A stretch of 64,000 nucleotides of DNA from Auanema rhodensis. Lineage: Eukaryota > Animalia > Nematoda. Below are positions 56,801-64,000 of this stretch, in pieces. The DNA is taken from the NCBI GenBank assembly GCA_964057225.1, contig OZ059894.1, positions 24,428,001 through 24,492,000 on the forward strand, in the 5' to 3' direction. The position numbers and the translations under genes were made by a program. The first letter of the stretch is position 1; each line of letters begins with the position of its first letter. The notes under the pieces were generated by a model. It had not been told where the DNA came from. It ran no database searches and saw only the letters and a program-made list of their open reading frames with translations.

Positions 56801-59580
56801 ATGCTAATTAAATGTACACGTGATGTGCACTTGGTATGTAACTCGCTTCACGTGAAAGATAAAGAGATGCGGTTTTCAAAATTAAATTTCCCATGTCCAT
56901 ATTAGTCTAAAAACAAATTTTTATTGATATTGGTGCATGGTAACCATGACTTTGAAATTTACGTGAACTTTAATTTATGCTAATTAAATGTACACGTGAT
57001 GTGCACTTGGTATGTAACTCGCTTCACGTGAAAGATAAAGAGATGCGGTTTTCAAAATTAGATTCCCCATGTCCATATTAGTCTAAAAACAAATTTTTAT
57101 TGATATTGGTTCATGGTAACCATGACTTTGAAATTTACGTGAACTTTAATTTATGCTAATTAAATGTACACGTGATGTGCACTTGGTATGTAACTCGCTT
57201 CACGTGAAAGATAAAGAGATGCGGTTTTCAAAATTAGATTCCCCATGTCCATATTAGTCTAAAAACAAATTTTTATTAATATTGGTTCATGGTAACCATG
57301 ACTTTGAAATTTACGTGAACTTTAATTTATGCTAATTAAATGTACACGTGATGTGCACTCGGTATGTAACTCGCTTCACGTGAAAGATAAAGAGATGCGG
57401 TTTTCAAAATTAGATTCCCCATGTCCATATTAGTCTAAAAACAAATTTTTATTGATATTGGTTCATGGTAACCATGACTTTGAAATTTACGTGAACTTTA
57501 ATTTATGCTAATTAAATGTACACGTGATGTGCACTTGGTATGTAACTCGCTTCATGTGAAAGATAAAGAGATGCGGTTTTCAAAATTAGATTCCCCATGT
57601 CCATATTAGTCTAAAAACAAATTTTTATTGATATTGGTGCATGGTAACCATGACTTTGAAATTTACGTGAACTTTAATTTATGCTAATTAAATGTACACG
57701 TGATGTGCACTTGGTATGTAACTCGCTTCACGTGAAAGATAAAGAGATGCGGTTTTCAAAATTAGATTCCCCATGTCCATATTAGTCTAAAAACAAATTT
57801 TTATTGATATTGGTGCATGGTAACCATGACTTTGAAATTTACGTGAACTTCAATTTATGCTAATTAAATGTACACGTGATGTGCACTTGGTATGTAACTC
57901 GCTTCACGTGAAAGATAAAGAGATGCGGTTTTCAAAATTAGATTCCCTATGTCCATATTAGTCTAAAAACAAATTTTTACTGATATTGGTTCATGGTAAC
58001 CATGACTTTGAAATTTACGTGAACTTTAATTTATGCTAATTAAATGTACACGTGATGTGCACTTGGTATGTAACTCGCTTCACGTGAAAGATAAAGAGAT
58101 GCGGTTTTCAAAATTAGATTCCCCATGTCCATATTAGTCTAAAAACAAATTTTTATTGATATTGGTGCATGGTAACCATGACTTTGAAATTTACGTGAAC
58201 TTTAATTTATTCTAATTAAATGTACACGTGATGTGCCCTTGGTTTGTAACTCGCTTCACGTGAAAGATAAAGAGATGCGGTTTTCAAAATTAGATTCCCC
58301 ACGTCCATATTAGTCTAAAAACAAATTTTTATTGATATTGGTGCATGGTAACCATGACTTTGAAATTTACGTGAACTTTAATTTATGCTAATTAAATGTA
58401 CACGTGATGTGCACTTGGTATGTAACTCGCTTCACGTGAAAGATAAAGAGATGCGGTTTTCAAAATTAAATTTCCCATGTCCATATCAGTCTAAAAACAA
58501 ATTTTTATTGATATTGGTGCATGGTAACCATGACTTTGAAATTTACGTGAACTTTAATTTATGCTAATTAAATGTACACGTGATGTGCACTTGGTATGTA
58601 ACTCGCTTCACGTGAAAGATAAAGAGATGCGGTTTTCAAAATTAGATTCCCCATGTCCATATTAGTCTAAAAACAAATTTTTATTGATATTGGTTCATGG
58701 TAACCATGACTTTGAAATTTACGTGAACTTTAATTTATGCTAATTAAATGTACACGTGATGTGCACTTGGTATGTAACTCGCTTCACGTGAAAGATAAAG
58801 AGATGCGGTTTTCAAAATTAGATTCCCCATGTCCATATTAGTCTAAAAACAAATTTTTATTGATATTGGTTCATGGTAACCATGACTTTGAAATTTACGT
58901 GAACTTTAATTTATGCTAATTAAATGTACACGTGATGTGCACTTGGTATGTAACTCGCTTCACGTGAAAGATAAAGAGATGCGGTTTTCAAAATTAGATT
59001 CCCCATGTCCATATTAGTCTAAAAACAAATTTTTATTGATATTGGTTCATGGTAACCATGACTTTGAAATTTACGTGAACTTTAATTTATGCTAATTAAA
59101 TGTACACGTGATGTGCACTTGGTATGTAACTCGCTTCACGTGAAAGATAAAGAGATGCGGTTTTCAAAATTAGATTCCCCATGTCCATATTAGTCTAAAA
59201 ACAAATTTTTATTGATATTGGTGCATGGTAACCATGACTTTGAAATTTACGTGAACTTTAATTTATGCTAATTAAATGTACACGTGATGTGCACTTGGTA
59301 TGTAACTCGCTTCACGTGAAAGATAAAAAGATGCGGTTTTCAAAATTAAATTTCCCATGTCCATATTAGTCTAAAAACAAATTTTTATTGATATTGGTGC
59401 ATGGTAACCATGACTTTGAAATTTACGTGAACTTTAATTTATGCTAATTAAATGTACACGTGATGTGCACTTGGTATGTAACTCGCTTCACGTGAAAGAT
59501 AAAGAGATGCGGTTTTCAAAATTAGATTCCCCATGTCCATATTAGTCTAAAAACAAATTTTTATTGATATTGGTTCATGG
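51840..59580. repeat. Tandem duplication of a 22-monomer (3872 bp) block
   Basis: AAATGAG 51955/55827, GAGTTGC 52467/56339, TTTTACTG 54108/57980, read-through ORF 54513/58385 and ATAAAAAG 55456/59328 are offset by 3872. Confidence 0.93.
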
Positions 59581-62500
59581 TAACCATGATTTTGAAATTT
59601 ACGTGAACTTTAATTTATGCTAATTAAATGTACACGTGATGTGCACTTGGTATGTAACTCGCTTCACGTGAAAGATAAAGAGATGCGGTTTTCAAAATTA
59701 GATTCCCCATGTCCATATTAGTCTAAAAACAAATTTTTATTGATATTGGTGCATGGTAACCATGACTTTGAAATTTACGTGAACTTTAATTTATGCTAAT
59801 TAAATGTACACGTGATGGGCACTTGGTATGTAACTCGCTTCACGTGAAAGATAAAGAGATGCGGTTTTCAAAATTAGATTCCCCATGTCCATATTAGTCT
59901 AAAAACAAATTTTTATTGATATTGGTGCATGGTAACCATGACTTTGAAATTTACGTGAATTTTAATTTATGCTAATTAAATGTACACGTGATGTGCACTT
60001 GGTATGTAACTAGCTTCACGTGAAAGATAAAGAGATGCGGTTTCCAAAATTAGATTCCCCATGTCCATATTAGTCTAAAAACAAATTTTTATTGATATTG
60101 GTGCATGGTAACCATGACTTTGAAATTTACGTGATTTTTAATTTATGCTAATTAAATGTACACGTGATGTGCACTTGGTATGTAACTCGCTTCACGTGAA
60201 AGATAAAGAGATGCGGTTTTCAAAATTAGATTCCCCATGTCCATATTAGTCTAAAAACAAATTTTTATTGGTATTGGTGCATGGTAACCATGACTTTGAA
60301 ATTTACGTGAACTTTAATTTATGCTAATTAAATGTACACGTGATGTGCACTTGGTATGTAACTCGCTTCACGTGAAAGATAAAGAGATGCGGTTTTCAAA
60401 ATTAGATTCCCCATGTCCATATTAGTCTAAAAACAAATTTTTATTGATATTGGTTCATGGTAACCATGACTTTGAAATTTACGTGAACTTTAATTTATGC
60501 TAATTAAATGTACACGTGATGTGCACTTGGTATGTAACTCGCTTCACGTGAAAGATAAAGAGATGCGGTTTTCAAAATTAGATTCCCCATGTCCATATTA
60601 GTCTAAAAACAAATTTTTATTGATATTGGTTCATGGTAACCATGACTTTGAAATTTACGTGAACTTCAATTTATGCTAATTAAATGTACACGTGATGTGC
60701 ACTTGGTATGTAACTCGCTTCACGTGAAAGATGAAGAGATGCGGTTTTCAAAATTAGATTCCCTATGTCCATATTAGTCTAATAACAAATTTTTATTGAT
60801 ATTGGTGCATGGTAACCATGACTTTGAAATTTACGTGAACTTTAATTTATGCTAATTAAATGTACACGTGATGTGCACTTGGTATGTAACTCGCTTCACG
60901 TGAAAGATAAAGAGATGCGGTTTTCAAAATTAGATTCCCCATGTCCATATTAGTCTAAAAACAAATTTTTATTGATATTGGTTCATGGTAACCATGACTT
61001 TGAAATTTACGTGAACTTCAATTTATGCTAATTAAATGTACACGTGATGTGCACTTGGTATGTAACTCGCTTCACGTGAAAGATGAAGAGATGCGGTTTT
61101 CAAAATTAGATTCCCCATGTCCATATTAGTCTAAAAACAAATTTTTATTGATATTGGTTCATGGTAACCATGATTTTGAAATTTACGTGAACTTTAATTT
61201 ATGCTAATTAAATGTACACGTGATGTGCACTTGGTATGTAACTCGCTTCACGTGAAAGATAAAGAGATGCGGTTTTCAAAATTAGATTCCCCATGTCCAT
61301 ATTAGTCTAAAAACAAATTTTTATTGATATTGGTGCATGGTAACCATGACTTTGAAATTTACGTGAACTTTAATTTATGCTAATTAAATGTACACGTGAT
61401 GGGCACTTGGTATGTAACTCGCTTCACGTGAAAGATAAAGAGATGCGGTTTTCAAAATTAGATTCCCCATGTCCATATTAGTCTAAAAACAAATTTTTAT
61501 TGATATTGGTGCATGGTAACCATGACTTTGAAATTTACGTGAATTTTAATTTATGCTAATTAAATGTACACGTGATGTGCACTTGGTATGTAACTAGCTT
61601 CACGTGAAAGATAAAGAGATGCGGTTTCCAAAATTAGATTCCCCATGTCCATATTAGTCTAAAAACAAATTTTTATTGATATTGGTGCATGGTAACCATG
61701 ACTTTGAAATTTACGTGAACTTTAATTTATGCTAATTAAATGTACACGTGATGTGCACTTGGTATGTAACTCGCTTCACGTGAAAGATAAAGAGATGCGG
61801 TTTTCAAAATTAGATTCCCCATGTCCATATTAGTCTAAAAACAAATTTTTATTGGTATTGGTGCATGGTAACCATGACTTTGAAATTTACGTGAACTTTA
61901 ATTTATGCTAATTAAATGTACACGTGATGTGCACTTGGTATGTAACTCGCTTCACGTGAAAGATAAAGAGATGCGGTTTTCAAAATTAGATTCCCCATGT
62001 CCATATTAGTCTAAAAACAAATTTTTATTGATATTGGTTCATGGTAACCATGACTTTGAAATTTACGTGAACTTTAATTTATGCTAATTAAATGTACACG
62101 TGATGTGCACTTGGTATGTAACTCGCTTCACGTGAAAGATAAAGAGATGCGGTTTTCAAAATTAGATTCCCCATGTCCATATTAGTCTAAAAACAAATTT
62201 TTATTGATATTGGTTCATGGTAACCATGACTTTGAAATTTACGTGAACTTCAATTTATGCTAATTAAATGTACACGTGATGTGCACTTGGTATGTAACTC
62301 GCTTCACGTGAAAGATGAAGAGATGCGGTTTTCAAAATTAGATTCCCTATGTCCATATTAGTCTAATAACAAATTTTTATTGATATTGGTGCATGGTAAC
62401 CATGACTTTGAAATTTACGTGAACTTTAATTTATGCTAATTAAATGTACACGTGATGTGCACTTGGTATGTAACTCGCTTCACGTGAAAGATAAAGAGAT

Positions 62501-64000
62501 GCGGTTTTCAAAATTAGATTCCCCATGTCCATATTAGTCTAAAAACAAATTTTTATTGATATTGGTTCATGGTAACCATGACTTTGAAATTTACGTGAAC
62601 TTCAATTTATGCTAATTAAATGTACACGTGATGTGCACTTGGTATGTAACTCGCTTCACGTGAAAGATAAAGAGATGCGGTTTTCAAAATTAGATTCCCC
62701 ATGTCCATATTAGTCTAAAAACAAATTTTTATTGATATTGGTTCATGGTAACCATGACTTTGAAATTTACGTGAACTTCAATTTATGCTAATTAAATGTA
62801 CACGTGATGTGCACTTGGTATGTAACTCGCTTCACTTGAAAGATGAAGAGATGCGGTTTTCAAAATTAGATTCCCCATGTCCATATTAGTCTAAAAACAA
62901 ATTTTTATTGATATTGGTTCATGGTAACCATGATTTTGAAATTTACGTGAACTTTAATTTATGCTAATTAAATGTACACGTGATGTGCACTTGGTATGTA
63001 ACTCGCTTCACGTGAAAGATAAAGAGATGCGGTTTTCAAAATTAGATTCCCCATGTCCATATTAGTCTAAAAACAAATTTTTATTGATATTGGTGCATGG
63101 TAACCATGACTTTGAAATTTACGTGAACTTTAATTTATGCTAATTAAATGTACACGTGATGGGCACTTGGTATGTAACTCGCTTCACGTGAAAGATAAAG
63201 AGATGCGGTTTTCAAAATTAGATTCCCCATGTCCATATTAGTCTAAAAACAAATTTTTATTGATATTGGTGCATGGTAACCATGACTTTGAAATTTACGT
63301 GAATTTTAATTTATGCTAATTAAATGTACACGTGATGTGCACTTGGTATGTAACTAGCTTCACGTGAAAGATAAAGAGATGCGGTTTCCAAAATTAGATT
63401 CCCCATGTCCATATTAGTCTAAAAACAAATTTTTATTGATATTGGTGCATGGTAACCATGACTTTGAAATTTACGTGAACTTTAATTTATGCTAATTAAA
63501 TGTACACGTGATGTGCACTTGGTATGTAACTCGCTTCACGTGAAAGATAAAGAGATGCGGTTTTCAAAATTAGATTCCCCATGTCCATATTAGTCTAAAA
63601 ACAAATTTTTATTGGTATTGGTGCATGGTAACCATGACTTTGAAATTTACGTGAACTTTAATTTATGCTAATTAAATGTACACGTGATGTGCACTTGGTA
63701 TGTAACTCGCTTCACGTGAAAGATAAAGAGATGCGGTTTTCAAAATTAGATTCCCCATGTCCATATTAGTCTAAAAACAAATTTTTATTGATATTGGTTC
63801 ATGGTAACCATGACTTTGAAATTTACGTGAACTTTAATTTATGCTAATTAAATGTACACGTGATGTGCACTTGGTATGTAACTCGCTTCACGTGAAAGAT
63901 AAAGAGATGCGGTTTTCAAAATTAGATTCCCCATGTCCATATTAGTCTAAAAACAAATTTTTATTGATATTGGTTCATGGTAACCATGACTTTGAAATTT
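59537..64000. repeat. Three copies of a 9/10-monomer block (offsets 1584 and 1760 bp); the last copy runs off the window
   Basis: CATGATTTT 59590/61174/62934, GATGGGC 59818/61402/63162 and ATTGGTATT 60271/61855/63615. Confidence 0.88.

Larger units (their letters stand above)
1..64000. repeat. 176-bp tandem satellite DNA array (about 364 head-to-tail monomers, probably centromeric or pericentromeric; family not recognised)
   Basis: CCATATTAGTCTAAAAACAAA recurs every 176 bp (1, 177, 353 ... 2641 ... 63937). Phase arithmetic is exact once two 36-bp and two 28-bp deletions are included: (64000+128)/176 = 364.4 monomers. The array runs off both window ends. Confidence 0.99.

Noticed and set aside
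29929-58567. Six identical 60-aa ORFs (29929, 30985, 31689, 32745, 54513, 58385) as protein-coding genes
   Set aside because: They are satellite monomers with one stop-removing SNP. Their spacings are monomer multiples produced by block duplication, and there is no gene context or recognisable domain.
1-64000. CRISPR array (palindromic repeats at regular spacing)
   Set aside because: There are no unique spacers: the entire 176-bp unit is repeated nearly identically, and no cas genes or leader are present.
1-64000. Rolling-circle or sequencing concatemer artefact, or synthetic repeat
   Set aside because: Variants are shared in hierarchical, collinear blocks with private post-duplication changes, which is expected of an evolved genomic array and not of random read error. 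Local mis-assembly cannot be excluded without reads.
1-64000. Information-bearing code in the T/G pattern at position 39
   Set aside because: The pattern follows the duplication blocks and shows no independent periodicity that I can detect.

Overview
The whole 64 kb window is one uninterrupted head-to-tail tandem satellite array of an AT-rich (about 32% GC, 56/176) 176-bp monomer. It holds about 364 monomers, all in the same orientation, and most differ from consensus by only 0-4 substitutions. I found no genes, RNA genes, transposon insertions, inversions or unique sequence. Monomer phase is conserved across the window except for two microhomology-associated deletions (36 bp and 28 bp), each present in two copies. 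Diagnostic SNPs show a nested history of tandem duplications of many different unit sizes (1, 2, 3, 4, 6, 7, 9, 10, 11, 14, 15, 22 and 26 monomers), plus an older paralogy with an offset of about 22-25 kb, rather than one fixed higher-order repeat. The monomer carries three ACGTGA motifs spaced 32-33 bp apart (two CACGTG E-boxes, one matching the yeast CDEI consensus on the minus strand) and several palindromes. Length, homogeneity and architecture fit a eukaryotic (peri)centromeric satellite, but I do not recognise the family or the species. The six 60-aa ORFs are explained by a single TAG>CAG variant in the monomer and are not credible genes. Monomer positions below are numbered from the first monomer (window 1-176).
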